Assembly (NCBI GenBank): GCA_964187785.1 | Contig: OZ076413.1 | Span: forward strand, 46,254,001 to 46,318,000 | Length of the DNA: 64,000 nucleotides | Reading direction: 5' to 3' | DNA from: Amphiscolops sp. MND2022 | Lineage: Eukaryota | Shown: positions 1-14,400 of the stretch, one piece after another | How positions within the stretch are numbered: the stretch's first letter is position 1 | Layout of the letters: each line of letters begins with the position of its first letter | The notes under the pieces: generated by a model | Seen by the model: only the letters and a program-made list of their open reading frames with translations | What the model was told of the DNA's origin: nothing | Database searches by the model: none | Made by a program: the position numbers and the translations under genes

Positions 1-3000
1 GAAGGAACACTGCGCGAAAGCATGCACACAGAAGTTTAACAATACCCGAGCGGTGAAAAAAGTAACCGAAGAAGAATGAGCGAACCAAATGAGTCATCTT
101 GTGAATCAGACCAAAGTATACATCACATAAAAGAAAACGAGAAAAATGAAGAAACAAACAAACACTATACCGCAACAGTAAAAATCAACGGAGTAAAGAA
201 AAAAATTAAAACTGACATCGGATCCACACTGACAATAATGCCAATGGACAAAAGGATAGTAAAACGAAACGACATACAACAAGTAACAAACCCATACCAA
301 GTCGTTATCAAAAATGAAATAAATTTTCGGTGAAAAGTTCCGATAAATACCGAGCACGAAAATAACGAACAAAAAAATGGAAATACTGATATTTCAAAGA
401 ACGTTATATCACACCCCTATTAGGAATTGACTGAATGAAAACATTCAATCTCACGATCGGAAGAATACAATTGGCCGAGAACAGCCAATCAGAAAGCGAG
501 AAAATATTCAATCGAATTGCAGATTTCTTCGAGAATAACGGAATGGCGCAAAAGACACCGAAATAAACAGTTAACTTAACCCGGGACACTTTATCAAACT
601 GAAAGCAAGACCGGTACCACTACACCCATTAGAAGATGGGAATTAGAAAAACAAATCCAATCGGACACTTAGAGAAGATAAACGATGTGAACGAAGACTG
701 TTTTGTATCTCCGGTCGTCATTATGGCGAAAAGTGACAAATCGGTGAATATAGCACTTGAATCGCGGAAATTGAGTGGCATTGTACCACAATGAGACCAC
801 ACATGCCAAACATGGAAGAGTTATTAAACCAAGTTTCGGTAAAAATCACCTGTGACCGGACAGTACAATTATTCATATCAAAAATTGACCTGAATTACGC
901 ATATGGGCTGATGAAATTGTAAGACCAGATGATCCGGCAATGCGTATTCGCATTAACCAGGGAAAATCCAAGTGAAAATTAGACATTCTAAAAAGGATAA
1001 CATGGGCTCGCAGACATTCCGACGATATTCAAGAGAAAACTGACAGGACATTGAAATATTGTACACGGCATGATTAGATGATATATTAGTGACTCGAGGG
1101 AACTAACAAGAACACGGCAAGAAATTTTTGACGTCCTTAATAAACTGGAAAAAGCCGGATACAGGGCAAGTAAAAAGAGATCAGAATTCTTCTTGAATAA
1201 AACGAAATGGTTCGGAAATGTATTAGACGAAAACGGAATAAAACTGTACGAAAAAGTAGAAGCAATTCTCAACTTGAAACCACCGGGAAATACAAAAGAT
1301 CAGAAATCGTTTCTCATCATACAATTCATGGCAAATATCTCACAGAAACTTTCTGAGCAAACAGACCGAACGAAAAAACTACTCAAAAAGAATGAACCAT
1401 GGGAATGGGAACATGAACAAGAATTAGACTTCAACCAAATAAAACAAATGTTAACCGAAGGACCGTGTCTAGCTCATTACGCAAAAAAAAGATATGATAA
1501 CAACCGATGTCAGCGAACCCGGACTCGATATATACGGATGACAAAAAAATAAAGGAAACATAACACCGATAGAATACGGGAGCAGATATCTGAATGATGC
1601 CTAAAAAAACTACACAATCGTTGGATTGGAATTACTAGCAGTCGTATGGGGATTAGAAAAATTCGAATGTTATTTTTACGGAAAGAAAGTAAATTTGTAT
1701 ACAGATCAAAAGGCAATAGAACCGCTGAAGACAGTATTGATGGAACAAACAATACACCGCAAAAATACCGCGTTGGTTGGACCGAAAAGCACACTTTGAT
1801 ATCGCGATACAACATATTGCGGGAAGCAACTTGAAAACTACAGAATACTTCAGCTGTAATCCGGTAGAGGTAGCCACGCCGGAAGATGAAAACGCTGAGG
1901 AATACGTAATTGTTATACTATGCCAACAAGCGAAACTAAAATTGAAATACGGACCACTATTCGCCGAGCAATCAATTGACACATCACCGAGACAAACAAT
2001 GGCATATCCCATAGCCAAATTGAGAACTAAACAACTAACTACATGTGAATACAACATTCGAGAACAAAACGACGTGAACAAAATTACCCAAAAAAAAGAA
2101 AAGCTCATCCGGGGAGTCCAAAATTAGCGAGTTAACTTCAAATCGCTGACCGAAATTGAACTCATCAGCAATTCAAAAGAAATTTCTAAAGTTATATCCG
2201 ATACCGACATGGACCGAAAAACCCTTTACCACTGGGGCGTGACATGCGAGATCATGGATATTATACGGAACAAAAGTTCAGACACGCAGGCTCGTAGAGA
2301 GGATAAACACATAATCTCGAAAGGAAACACTGAGAAGGAAATATGATCCGCACTCTCAAGGAACAATATTTGCACCCGCCCGCCCAAACAAACATAGCCG
2401 AGAGAAAAAGCGGAGATGGACGCTGAACGGATGCGAATTAACTTGCGGAGGCTATCAACCACTAGCAGAAAGTCCGGAAGAATGTGAGATTGAGTTCGAA
2501 CGAGCAGAAACAGAAGAAGCATAACACTCCGAGGAGACAGTTTACCAATAGTGGACTGGAGCAAAGTTAACACGGCCGGTAAGGTCACTCAATATTTCCA
2601 GATCGACCATATCGTGGGAAAATTGTCCGGAAACAAACAAATTACCGAGGAGACAATCAAGAAGGTTGAGTTCGAATTCATGCTCTACGTGAAAAGCCTG
2701 ATATCAAGATCCGCTATCGATCTCGAGATAACATGTGTTAGAGCCAACTTGATCGCGGAAGAAGACTACTCGACATTCTACATTTCCGTAATGCCGGTTC
2801 AACAAAGATGACAGCCGAGGCAAAAATCTTCTGGTGGTCGGAAGTAAACCGAGGTATCGAAAACAGAGTCAACGACTGCATGGCATGCCTGGCATCTGGT
2901 TAAAATTAAAATTCCGAATACCGTGTAATCACTACGGAAAACTGAAAAAGTTAACCGAACCGGGCCAAGAAGTACAATTTACCTGTATCGGAAACCTTCA

Positions 3001-4316
3001 TAACAATAAAATAAACGGAGACGTCCAAATTTTGAAGGCGGTAGATCGTTTTAGTAAATGGCCGACAGCAAAAAAATGCAAAACTGCCGAAACAAAGAAA
3101 GTAGTAGGTTTCCCAACAAAGACTTTTATTTTATTCGGAATACCGGAGCCTTTATTTCAAAAGAGTACAAGGAATTGTGTAGAAACCGAACTACACTATT
3201 TGAATATTGTACACCCGGCAAAGGGAACAGTGGGAAGAGCGATACAAACGTCGAAAAAGGAAAAGTTGACAAACCTAGAAAAAGGAACCGATTTTAAGGA
3301 AAGTGTAAACCGTGATCTTCGGGTGCTGCGTTTTACAATACGTACTGGACTGAAAAGAACACCATTTGAACTCCACCACAGTGGAAAAACCAGAGCCGAA
3401 TTAACTTATATAGGTAACGACGGAAAAACGTATTCATCGGATCAGTCAGAAAAGCCTATTTAAGCACCAATGATAACAAACCACATAGTCAGGGCAAGGA
3501 TCAATACGGAAGAAAAGCATATAAACGAGGGCCCAAAAACACTGAAGAAAGGTTCGGTTAGACATCCCTTTAAATTTGTAGAAAAAAATTCTATCAAAAA
3601 TCATTAGAAAGGAGTTTTCAAAAGAAAAACCAAACCGCAATTAACGGAACCAAAAATACCGTGAAAACGGACACGGCAAATTAGTACATCGAAAGTTTAT
3701 TTCGGGACCATTGTTTCAGACCGAGAAAAGAAGCCGAAAAGATACGGCACTAACAAGCGGTGAAATCACACCAAAGAACCCACATTGCCTGAGGAGACTG
3801 AACAAAAACACGGCCAATGGGATGAAATACTGCCCGACATCCTAAACGGCAAACTGAAGATCATTCAGAACCGGAAGTAAAGCGGTTCTGACACCAAGAC
3901 GACGATGATGATGAAGAAGAAGATATGTCTGAAGAAACCTGAAACCGAACAAAGGATACGTCAGAACGGGATGGACATTACGAACCGATACGGACCAGCC
4001 CAGAAGAAGATGTGATACAGATTCACACCGACAGCTAAATCCCACATGGTGCGAAAATTGAAAATAAAGACGGCGATCTAGCCGAAATACAGATAAACCG
4101 ACTAGATTCCGTGATGTACCTTATACTGGAAATTTTTGGGGATAAATGAATAGAAATGTTTGCACTATTACAGTCTCAAACTGGATTGCGAGAAAGCGAA
4201 CACCGCTGCCGCAGACCACCCACCAGCTAGCTGATTTCATGCCCGGAGAAATGACCCCTCCAGGCAGGAACATCATCTTTCCATTAGGAGAAACCCCGGA
4301 GAGAGAGGGTTAAATG
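1..4316 (+). mobile_element. Heavily decayed Ty3/Gypsy internal region (PR-RT-RNaseH-IN fragments), a different family from A/B/C
   Basis: Fragmented frames give a protease-like YTATVKINGVKKKIKTDIGS (76-333), RT-like SKIDLNYAYG (~880), RNaseH-like ELLAVVWGLEKF (~1630) and integrase VDRFSKWP...RTPFELHH (2834-3463). Many stops and frameshifts. Confidence 0.85.
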
Positions 4317-4491
4317 TGTTACGGTTGCTACCGAATGAACCTCACCGAGTTTTATTGACCAAACATACATGAATAAAAAAGTTACATTTTTGTATACATC
4401 ATTAAAATAGTTTTGATACAATACAGACATACAAACTACATTATACGTTTCGAATTTTGTCCTAATCCTAACTTAGTCTTAGCAGATAACA
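4317..4491 (+). repeat. Possible short 3' LTR of the decayed Gypsy element
   Basis: Purine tract GGAGAGAGAGGG (~4298-4309), then TGTTA...TAACA termini with an internal AATAAA. No second copy in the window to confirm. Confidence 0.35.
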
Positions 4492-5980
4492 TCACATACG
4501 TTCTTATTTTATCGGGCACTCCAGGGATAATTTCAAGATTTTTTTGAAAAATTGTCAAGAGATTTTTTAGGTGCTTACTGAGACTTGAATGTGAATTCGT
4601 TCCGGTTTGTGTTGCTTGAAGTATTCAATCTTGCTGAATCTGATATTGGTGTAGAAGTTACAATGGGCCCAAGTCTGAATGTTGCGGTTAAAACCCTCTT
4701 CCACAAAATCCACTTTTTCCTGTTGATCCATCCTAAACACAAGTGAAGGGCTGTTACAAAATCGACTCTACTCAGGAGTTGGAAATCTACTCCTGAGATT
4801 TCAATTGACTTTTGGAGGCTCCCAACAGCTTTTAATCACTAAATCAGGGTTTCTTCTCGCATAGGCTCTAGTTTTAAAAATAGCCTGAGCCATACAGACT
4901 TGCAGAGCTTTTTTAAAGCGCAGTGAAAAACCAAGATTTTCCAAAGATGCAGCAAAGTTTTACAAAATTTACAGCCTTGAACTGGGGTTTTACATACCTA
5001 ATCCAAATAATGTTTTTGAAAACGGTGATAAAGTGAAAGTTTGAGTCTCCCGAAATTTCCTCCTGACGATTGAAGTTCCATATCGCAGAAGAAAATGTAT
5101 ACATTCTGTGTATGCCCGCGATTACAATCAGCTATTGCTAGAGTGATAACCAAGTTATGACTACTTTATATAGTAAAATCAAGTTTCCAATCAAACTAGA
5201 TGTCAAGACATCATTAGGCAATTAATTTTATGCATGATACTTTGTTTTGCCCGAAACATGTTGGTCGTTTGACATTGTACCGTGAAATTTTTATCTCCGT
5301 GTGAAGTCTCCAATGCTAATGTAAACGCTTATTTTTCTTACAACCTTTTACAAGCCAACTGAAAGTAACTTGTTGTCAATCTGTCTAGGTATTTCTTGAT
5401 TCTTGAGATTGACCAGGATCAAGATCTTTATATTTTCAAACCCTGAGATTGAGTGATAACCAAAGATTCTGTATGCAAAACATGTCAGAAACTATTCACA
5501 ATCCAGTCTATGCTTTCATGTCCAGTTTGATAATCATGTTCAATTCAATTACAGACACACCTTTATCCCTTTCAAAGCCGTTACAACAAGTCGGAGATTC
5601 AATTTAGAACTGGAAGTCCCGTCACCAGCTGTTATCCAACAGAAAACATCTGAAATCTGTTTCATAATTAGGGATTAGGATCTAAGATCGCATTTGGTAC
5701 ATGACACCACGCTTCACTGCTGCCGTTTAACAAGCTGTCAGAAGTTTCCACGACAGCTTCCGAGCTGTATTTTGAGTAGCAAGCTTTTGAATTGCAGGTA
5801 GAGAATTGACGGATAAACACAAGACTAAATTTCAACTTTGGTCCTCAACAGGAGACGATTAAAGAGCATTTTGAACTTCGTCCTCTTTCTTGAAACTTTC
5901 TCCTTCACAAAATCAGAGATCTAACAGGGACTGGATATAACAAAACAGTTTCCTGATTTGGCTTTATGGCATTGTACGTC

Positions 5981-6879
5981 TTTTTAGTCGGCGCATTTTA
6001 GAAGAAAATGAGCCCGACTATTACAGTGGCAAGTTTTTTTTTCTTTTTTTTTTCGTCAGACCACAGAATGTATGCGTAGTGGACACTTTTTACAGAACTA
6101 CTAAAAGTACTGCACCGGCAAGCGGAATCATATCTGAGTTACTGCAAAGGGCCCCCCTTTCGTGTACTCAATTTTTAACGTAAGATACAAAACCGGACGG
6201 AACTACAGGGTCCCCCCTTTGAATTTTTTTCGGCACTGTGCGACTTTTTTTTCGAATTTTTTTTTGTCTCCAAAGGGTCCCCCCTTCAATTTTTTGCTGT
6301 TTTGCGACAAAATGGATGTTGGAAAATTCCAAAGGGTCCCCCCTTTCAGTTTTTTTCGGCACTGTGAGATTTTTTTTTCGAAAATAAAAAATTTTCATCC
6401 CTTCAATTTTTTGATGTTTTGCGACTGAATGGATGGTGAAAAACCCCAAAAGGTCCCTCCTTTCAGTTTTTTTTCGGCACTGTGAGATTTTTTCCGAAAA
6501 TTATTTTCTCTCCAAAGGGTCCCCCTTCAATTTCTTTGATATTTTACAACACATTGGGTGTTTAAAAATCCCAAAGGGTCCCCCCTTTCAGTTTTTCGGC
6601 ATTGTGAGACTTTTTTTCGAAAATTTGTTTTTTCTCCAAAGGGTTCCTCCTTCAACTGCAACAAAAATGTTGACAATTTCGGAAGTGTCCCTCTTTTAGC
6701 GCGCCAGGGGCTCCCGCTAGCGGGCCCCGGCGCGCCACTCAGTCCATTTTTTTGGTTTTTCGAAAAAAAAATTCGATAAAATTTCGAAAAAAAAATTTTA
6801 AAGTTTTTTTTCAAAAAAAGTCTTTTGCGCTTTTTGAGCCTTAGATATGGCGCCGACTTTAGACGTTCTCGTCTTGTTT
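5981..6879 (+). mobile_element. Non-autonomous Helentron-associated (HINE/DINE-1-like) element with internal ~60/120-bp tandem repeats
   Basis: Subterminal inverted repeats AGTCGGCGC (5986-5994) and GCGCCGACT (6850-6858), an extra inverted copy CCGACTA (6014-6020), a 3' stem-loop AGACG-TTCT-CGTCT (6861-6874) and T-rich flanks. Internal AAAGGGTCCCC and CGGCACTGTG units recur. Confidence 0.7.
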
Positions 6880-6949
6880 GAATTGCTTTCGCACCAAGTA
6901 ATCCATACCAGGACGGGAGCTTGCATCTAACAAGTGCCGAAGTTCTAGT

Positions 6950-7733
6950 TGTCATGAACGTTTTCTCGACTATCGTCACAAAGACGGTTACGAGTTGGCT
7001 CACTTCTAGAACTACTCCTAATTGTCTGACAACGATGATCCTCAGGATGTCGTTCCGGACTTTCAGTCGGGATGTTCCATCCCTTTTGTGTCAATGATCC
7101 TGATCCAGCCTTAAGAGCATTCTGTATTTGCGGTAAAACCTGACTACCTATTGCATCATTAATGGCCCTTTGGATTTGAGCACTGATACTATTCATCATC
7201 TCATCCATTTCTCTTGAGATTCTCAAGATAAGTTCACCTGATAGAATACCGGCAGAGTTGTGGCCATATTCGGCACTGCTACTCGACATTTTTTCCCTTG
7301 AATTAGAGTAATGATTTTCTTCATCGTTTTCATTTACATTGCATTTAGGGCTGTTTGACCTTCTACTAGAGCCACCTTTTCACTTCCTTCCTTCCCTTTT
7401 TAAATGATTGCCTCCCAGCATGATACCTAAGTTTTCTATGTCAGATAGCACTTCTGCTCCGCTAGATTTCCCTGTTTTCTAGAAGTAGGCATCAAGAAGT
7501 CCTGATTGTAATACTTTATTAGAAAATCAGGCGTAAGTATTTCAAAGGTGTGTCAACGTCATTAAAGTAAACAAGATTGTCCCCTTCCTAGGAGAAACAG
7601 AGGTATATATACTCCTGAGAATATGGCATTCACATTTTTACATAATTACTTCATCAAAACAACATTCCAAACGCATTTCGTTAAACAGGATATTACACAG
7701 TTTCAGCAGGAAAATTCCATAAAAGGCAGGTGA
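6950..7733 (-). repeat. Probable solo-LTR remnant of another family carrying a Gag-N-like ORF
   Basis: The minus-strand helical ORF (6945-7289, with a frameshifted upstream part to ~7492) runs to a ...CATGACA end, as in the ORF-containing LTRs of A/B/C. CTAGT occurs at 6945-6949 and 7734-7738 (possible TSD; the far terminus is imperfect). Confidence 0.4.
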
Positions 7734-9153
7734 CTAGTAGCATTGACACTTTGAAACTGCACTCGGGTATTTAGTTCAAACCTTTTAGGAATTTGACCCA
7801 TTCCGGCTTAAGCACATTTGAAAGAGTTAAATGCATGGGTTGTAAACATTCACAAACATCAAAGTAAGAGCTAAAATCTAAACATCGGAAATATGCAACA
7901 GTAATTCCTGGCACATGCTTGCACGTGGAACTAGATTAGCATCCGGTTGAATACGTTGATTTACATGAGCTCTTGTTAGCGCTGAATAGGCCTGAACCGG
8001 CCATTGTACATGAGATTAACAGTATTGTCCTGCTTTAATCGGGTAACAAGTATTGGTTTCCATTAATGGCATTATTAGTTAAAACAATTAACATATCTTC
8101 ATCTAACACCATTAATCACAGTACCTGACATACCAAGACAGTTTTGAGCACTCTCCAAGAAAATACACAGCACTACTACTTAAATAATGCAGCCTACTCG
8201 ATGAAAGCTATATAGGCTGAAACCGGCCATATAATAAGCGTCCATGGTTGTGGTGGCTAAATTAAGTCAATCGGCCGTAACTGGCTAAATAATGAACTGC
8301 TCAGAAAGGACATTTATAATACTGCACTGTGATTGGGTAGCTATAGGCCAACAAGTTACGACGCCAAGAAATGACGTTTTAGCACTCGAACTCCTTTCCT
8401 TTGCATTGTACAGTAATTTTATTACTTCTTGCATTTCAATCTTACATCGCTCATAAATATCAAATCAGCACATTGAACAACAGTTAACAGATTTATATAA
8501 AACAAACGTACCAAATTATCTAAACAAACCAAGTATTAATGTTATGAGATTAATTATGCACATCTACGACAACTTAACGATTTGTCCAAACTTTACATTT
8601 TACAGCGGTTTCACATATTTTACCAAAAAGACTAACAAGATTCGAACTTTTTCAATTCCAAAAACAATTTCACTGATGTCTGCTACATCACATATAATGT
8701 TAACTTGCCGGGAACTGAGATTAGCTCAAAGATCAAATAATGATTAAATGGAATTTTTCTGTTATTCAATGAAAAGAAATGCAAGCAAATAGAAATCATA
8801 TAAAATCATCAAACAACAGAGCAGACTTCCAAAGGCATATGCCCACTTAACGGATACCTGATAAAGAGAGTCAAGTTTTATAACAATGCAAAGGGTTGCA
8901 CTTCTTTTATCAAAATTTCACTGCCAAAAAACAAAGAGATACCCATAGGACTCAATAGCCGTTTTTCCAGGAATCGAAACATCAAAAATTACCATTTTCC
9001 CCCGCAAAAAAGTTTCATTGTACCGAAAAACCCAAAAGAGCAAATGCTTCATGTTTGCTTAAAATCGAAAAGTGGTTTTGGTTTAAAAAATGGTCGCATA
9101 GTGCCGCAAAACGCCAAACTGTATTTCCTCTACATTTGTTAGCAGAAACAATT

Positions 9154-9220
9154 AGTTCGTACGAGACTTGAACCCACCTACACCTGCTTCCGAGTCTCAA
9201 GCAATGTCACCAGGTCTAAA
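9154..9220 (-). other. tRNA-like fragment (possible SINE head)
   Basis: Minus strand reads TAGACCTGGTG...GGGTTCAAGTCTC (A-box/B-box-like). No complete cloverleaf. Confidence 0.25.
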
Positions 9221-10177
9221 AATTTGCGTTAAACCCTAGGCAAACGCCCATATAAATTCATGAAACTTTCTTTTGAAAAAGGACGCTCCAGACACCTTGA
9301 GAAAAAAACAAGCTACCTTGACAATTTTGCATATTTTTCATTAAAAAAGAGCCTGTATTATACACAACTCCAGTATATGCCCAAGAGGCGCAGCGATTTG
9401 TTCGTACACAATTAGAATACGGCCCCGGAAAAGTCAATTACTTTCAAACATCCTTTACTTGAACAAGAAAAGGTTAGACAAAGAAAAATTAGGCCAAAAA
9501 AGACGAAATACGATCTCTATCTTCGACTACTAAAAAAACTCGAAAGATCTGAAAACAAACTTTTATGTAAATGGTTTTAAATAGCGCTTTCAAAGCGTCT
9601 TTTTCCATCGACTTCTCTTTGGCAAAACATTTGTTTTCAAAGATTATCATTTATTCAAATAAGTTGCACAATGCCAAAGTGTCCGAAAGAAGGCCTTTAG
9701 TGTCACGAAACTCTTTTCTCGCTTCAGGCATTGAAAGATTGAAAACGGGGACCCTTTGATAAAATGGGGAAAAAGTTGAAACAAAGTCGCACAAAGCTGC
9801 AAACAACTTCTCGAGCTTGTCTACTTTAGGAGAACTAAAGAAGGGCATGCGATTCAAACTCATGTCCATATTCCCAGCACCCGTCACACTACGCGGGTTA
9901 ATCGCTTGTTCAGGTGGAATGTACTTTCCAGCTTTCCACGTACTTCTATTTGTTTGCGGGAAGAAATTCTGGAAGAATATATTCTGAAAAAAGCTCTAAA
10001 GTTAATATTTTTAGTTTGTCTTGAAAACAGAAATTAACAAGACTCTAACTGATCAGTGTGATTGATTCAAATAGGAAAAAGTTTTGTAACGAGCTCAAGA
10101 TTAGCAAATAAATATGGCAATAAAACATAACGGAAACCCTCCATTAAACAAACTGTGTCTTACGAGCTATTTGGCAC

Positions 10178-13100
10178 TGAGATAATCCTCTCCTGTACGG
10201 CCCTCATCAACGATTACAGTGTTATATAGGTCGAGGTTTTGAAAATAAATTGACTGTATTGGTGTTCTAAGCTCATTTGTTGTTCTAGTGGCCTGAAAGG
10301 ATTATCCTGTATTCCATTTTCTTGATCATCTTCTTCTTCTTCTTCTATAGCTTCCATCGTTCTTCGAAGGGTACGCTCTCCTTGCCTCCCTGTGAGCAGG
10401 TTCGTCTGTGTCTGGCTAGATTTGTTGCTGATAATTGGATTTGGCAATTCGGGCATGTGGTGTATTTTTATCTGTAGATTCGGGCAGTTGATTGTGGTGG
10501 AGTATTTTGCGGTATATTTTTGGATGTGCAGTATGTTCTCGATGTCTTGTAAAATTGGAACTTGATATCTAGTTGTTGCATTTTAGACAGCGTTTCATAA
10601 ATTCTGTTTGTCTCTCCACCTTCACACGATTTCTGGTGGTTTTTCATTTCGCACTTCCGGTTCTGAAGCTGCTGTTGCATTTTGTACATTCGAACGTGTT
10701 TGGGTTACGGTTACTTTCGTGCATACGCTTTATATGGATGCTCAGAACCCCCGCATTCAGGCATTGTTTTTGAGAAAATCTGTATGTGAGAGCTTTCAGT
10801 TGTTTCGTTTCTTTTCTCTTCGTATTTATTACTTGTTATCGATTTCCTTCGCTTTTTTCCCGCCGATTCAGAAATGGCATTCCTTTCCTTACAATTTTCC
10901 TCCATTCAGTTCTATATTTTGTTAGACGGTCGAGGTCCGGTGCTCCTATTCCCGCGTCTGTTATTAGTCGACGCTAGTATTGTGGGGTATTTCCGCACAA
11001 TTTCGTTCGTCTATCGACTGTTTCCAGTAGCGGGATACGTCCCTAGGCTTCTCGTTTGGCTGGCCAATCATTACTGAGTCTCATTACATGTCCAATACGT
11101 TGCAGGATCTTTTCTCGATTTTCCATTGGACCGACTTTATTCCGAGGGTTTTGAAAGCAAAGGTTTCTTATGTCTCGAATGTTTTAGCTGATTTTCTGCA
11201 TTGTTTTGAAAGTAATTCTTTGTGATGGCTCCATGTGTATCTCTATCTTTTGTCCATCCTTTGTGGAGTTTATTCACTTCTCTTTTCTGCCATGGCCTTA
11301 CTGCTGCGTCGAACAGAAGGCCGCTTTCTACGCAGGTTTGTACAACTAGGGCTTTTTGTCTCTTGGACAGCTTGCTTTTCACCAGTCGTGGACAGACTTT
11401 GCCCCACGGATGACTAGCTTTTTTTAGTCTGTTTTGGACATCGACTTTGGGGTTAATCCAACTGCCTAGCATTCTGATACAATGAGACGAAGTTTCGCCA
11501 AAAAGTAGCCTCTCCTTTTTTGTTTCGTTGTTCTGTTCTTCAAAGGACGTCATCACTTCCTCAATGACCTTACAATCTTGTTCGAGTTCTTCTTTCGTGC
11601 CGATGATTGTTGTGTCATCTGCAAACAGTGACATCGTGATGTTTGTCTTTTTTGCTTCAGAGTTGTACCTACCATACTGACTAGTTCCATACGATTCCTA
11701 CCTTTTTCCGCTTTGGTTTCCCTAGTGATGTCTCTTTTTTCCGCTATTTTAATTACCATATTTTGAAAGAGGTTGAACAGAACCGAAGATGTGGGCATCC
11801 TTCTCTCAAGCCACGTTCCGGGGTCCAGGTTGAACTCACACCATGTTCTTTTTTGAGACAGAAGTTCGACGATTGATGTAGATCCATTATGCACTGGAGG
11901 AAATTCTCGTGTGTAATCCCGGGATAGGTTTTCTCTAGGTCTAACAGGCCTCCTTCTGGTCAATCTTCTCGTTTTGTTCCGATCGGAGCGTCTTGACAAA
12001 CTGCACATCCTCTGGGACCCTTATGAGCACTTGTGTGGTGTTAGCGGTTGATCTATTTCGGCGGAATCCACTTTCATTCTCGTCAAGCAGGTTGCGTTCT
12101 TCAGTAATTCACGATGGCGTTTGTTGAGGTCGCGGGCTGAAGTTCGGCTGATCCTCGGCAGAAGACAGACACCTCTATACTTTCCGCAATCCTGGCGGTC
12201 GCTTTTCTTTAATATGTCGACTATTTGGCCAACTTTAGCGGACAGATCCCGTTTATCGGCACTTGTAGCAAACATCTCTTGGACTAGGTGGATCACATTG
12301 ACTTTTAGCTCCGGGATCGCATTCCAAATAAACCGTATCCTCACCATGTAAGTGTTGAGGGGGGGGGCGGAGCCCTTGACCTCCCTAATCGCTTTGTCAA
12401 TTTCTGCGTAGCTGGGGGTTCCATTGTTTCATTGAGCTTCTCTGCAGCAGTTCTGAATCTAGAATCTTTCCTCCAACATGGTGTGTCCTTAACATTTCTG
12501 AGGAGGTCCGTTGGATAGGCTTCATACCTCTTGGAATATATCTTCGGAAAATGGGCTTTGAATTGTGTTCCTGTTATGGTTGTCCCCTCTGTTGGTTTGC
12601 TCGCATCATTTCTAGTTCTGTCTCTGCGCCTTTAATCCAGGGGTTCTCTACTCTTTTCACATGTGTTCCACAAACGTCTTTGGGGGCATAAACTAGAATG
12701 TCTGCTCTTTGGTCCTACGTGCGAGATATTCCAATCTCGTCTTTTGCTAACTTTTGGGTGGTCTTGACCTGGAGTTCTGTTGCTTTGTTCGGGTTCCGGA
12801 GAGCTTACCATTTGTTGTTCCATGCGTTCCGCACCCCTTGTCTCCATTTCTTCATCTTGGTCTCTTTGTTCAGGACGACCGGTTTGTGGTCTGAGTAGGA
12901 CAGATCGTGGATGGTTTTCATGCCTCTCGCGTGTTTGTGCATTTGGTTTCTGCGCATTAAAAAACCATCGAGCTCATACCATTTCCCGAGACCCTTGTGA
13001 AACCAAGACCCCGGTCTCGATGGCTGGAGGTGCCCTTGACCCATTCCAAGCTGTTTTCATTGCACCAGTCAAGGAGGTCATATCATTGTTCATTCGATGC

Positions 13101-14400
13101 CATTTCGAGTCTGGATCTGGTTTCTGTTCTTCCGATTTGACTATTGCGGTCATCAATTATTACCAGAAGTTTTTGCCTGGAGTATCTTGCTGGGAGGTCC
13201 TCCAGGTCGTGCTGATATTCTTCATTGGCTTCTTTTCCATGTGTGCCTACTGGTTGGTAGACTGCTATCAAGACCAGGTCCCTGATTTGGATGTGGCGCG
13301 GAGTTTGAACACCATCGGTTGATTTCATTCAACCCACTCGTTGAGAGCACTTTCACGGAGGATTATTCCACATTTCTGTGAAAATATAACTGCAGTAGTT
13401 TCCTCATTCTTTCTTAGCCAGATTACTCCTGGTCCTTCATCCCGCGCTTCGGAAATCAAGGTGATCCCTCATTTTCGTTTCCTGATGAAACCATTAGTGC
13501 GTTTCAGTTTTTTTCTTTTTTCTTCTCTCATTGCGTTCGGCCTTCCGGGCAGGGGTTCGCTCGGTTTTCGTCATGTCGGACATGGGTTGGGGTGAATTGT
13601 CTCAAGTTGCTTCATTACTAGCCTCCTAGAGTGGCGTTCCTGCATCACGAGTCCGAGAGGGCCCTCGCCAATTAAATTATTGAAAAGGATCCTTATTCGA
13701 CTAGTCCCGCGATCTTTTGTTGTTTTCCAGGAGGTTGTGGCAGTTCCTTACGGCGTCTGCCGCACTCCTTTTCTGGAAACGTTGCATGATCTTTGACGCA
13801 CAAAGACGAGTCTTGTGCGCTGCCCGCTTCCTAAAGCTTGGCGATGTCACACTCGGGTATCCTTGATCATCTGTATCCGATGAGTTTATTTCACCGTTCT
13901 CATCCTTTACGCATTTTGATGTTCTTCTTTTCTGTCGTCATCTTTTTTAGTTTTTCATTCATTTCGCTTCTCAATTCAGAAAATTCTCCGTTCGTTTTAT
14001 CTGCCATTCGTTGAGTCCAAACTTTTATCTCACTCTCATTTTCTGTAGCATCAATTGAAACTGTTTCACTGTCTCTAAATGAACTAACATTATCAAAGAA
14101 ACAAAGAGTCTCAATCATAATTTCAATACCTTGTGACACCGTTTCTTCTGAAACACTTATTTCGCCTCAAATGAGGGTAATTGTCCTCGTCCAGTTTTTC
14201 TGTCCCTTTTGTTTCCCATCTCAGTTAGGAAAAAATGATGTTTCGTTGGAGAGAAGAGTTTTAATTAGGTTGGAAATTGAACTCATGCGTTCTTAACAAA
14301 GTCAAAATCATACATGCTATCACATTAGCAAAGTAAAGTAGAGTTTAAAAAAGACCAGTTGCAGTTTATTGTCTTGAAAAGGATAAGAAAAAGTAGGTAT
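10178..14400 (-). repeat. Old LTR related to family B, split by a LINE insertion
   Basis: 10178-10331 and 13862-~14400 align with the B LTR (e.g. GGCCTGAAAGGATTA; peptides IQDNPFRP and WTQRMADKTN). The distal boundary is uncertain. Confidence 0.75.
10332..13861 (-). mobile_element. Near full-length decayed non-LTR retrotransposon (RTE-like LINE, APE + RT)
   Basis: APE-like LIAVYQP and SDHKPV, RT motifs DCGKYRGVCLL and LFADDTTII, a (GAA)n 3' tail at 10332-10346, and an 11-bp TSD CTTGATCATCT at 10321-10331 and 13862-13872. Length ~3.5 kb. Confidence 0.85.

Noticed and set aside
4560..5950. Possible host exons
   Set aside because: No sustained ORF or recognisable domain.
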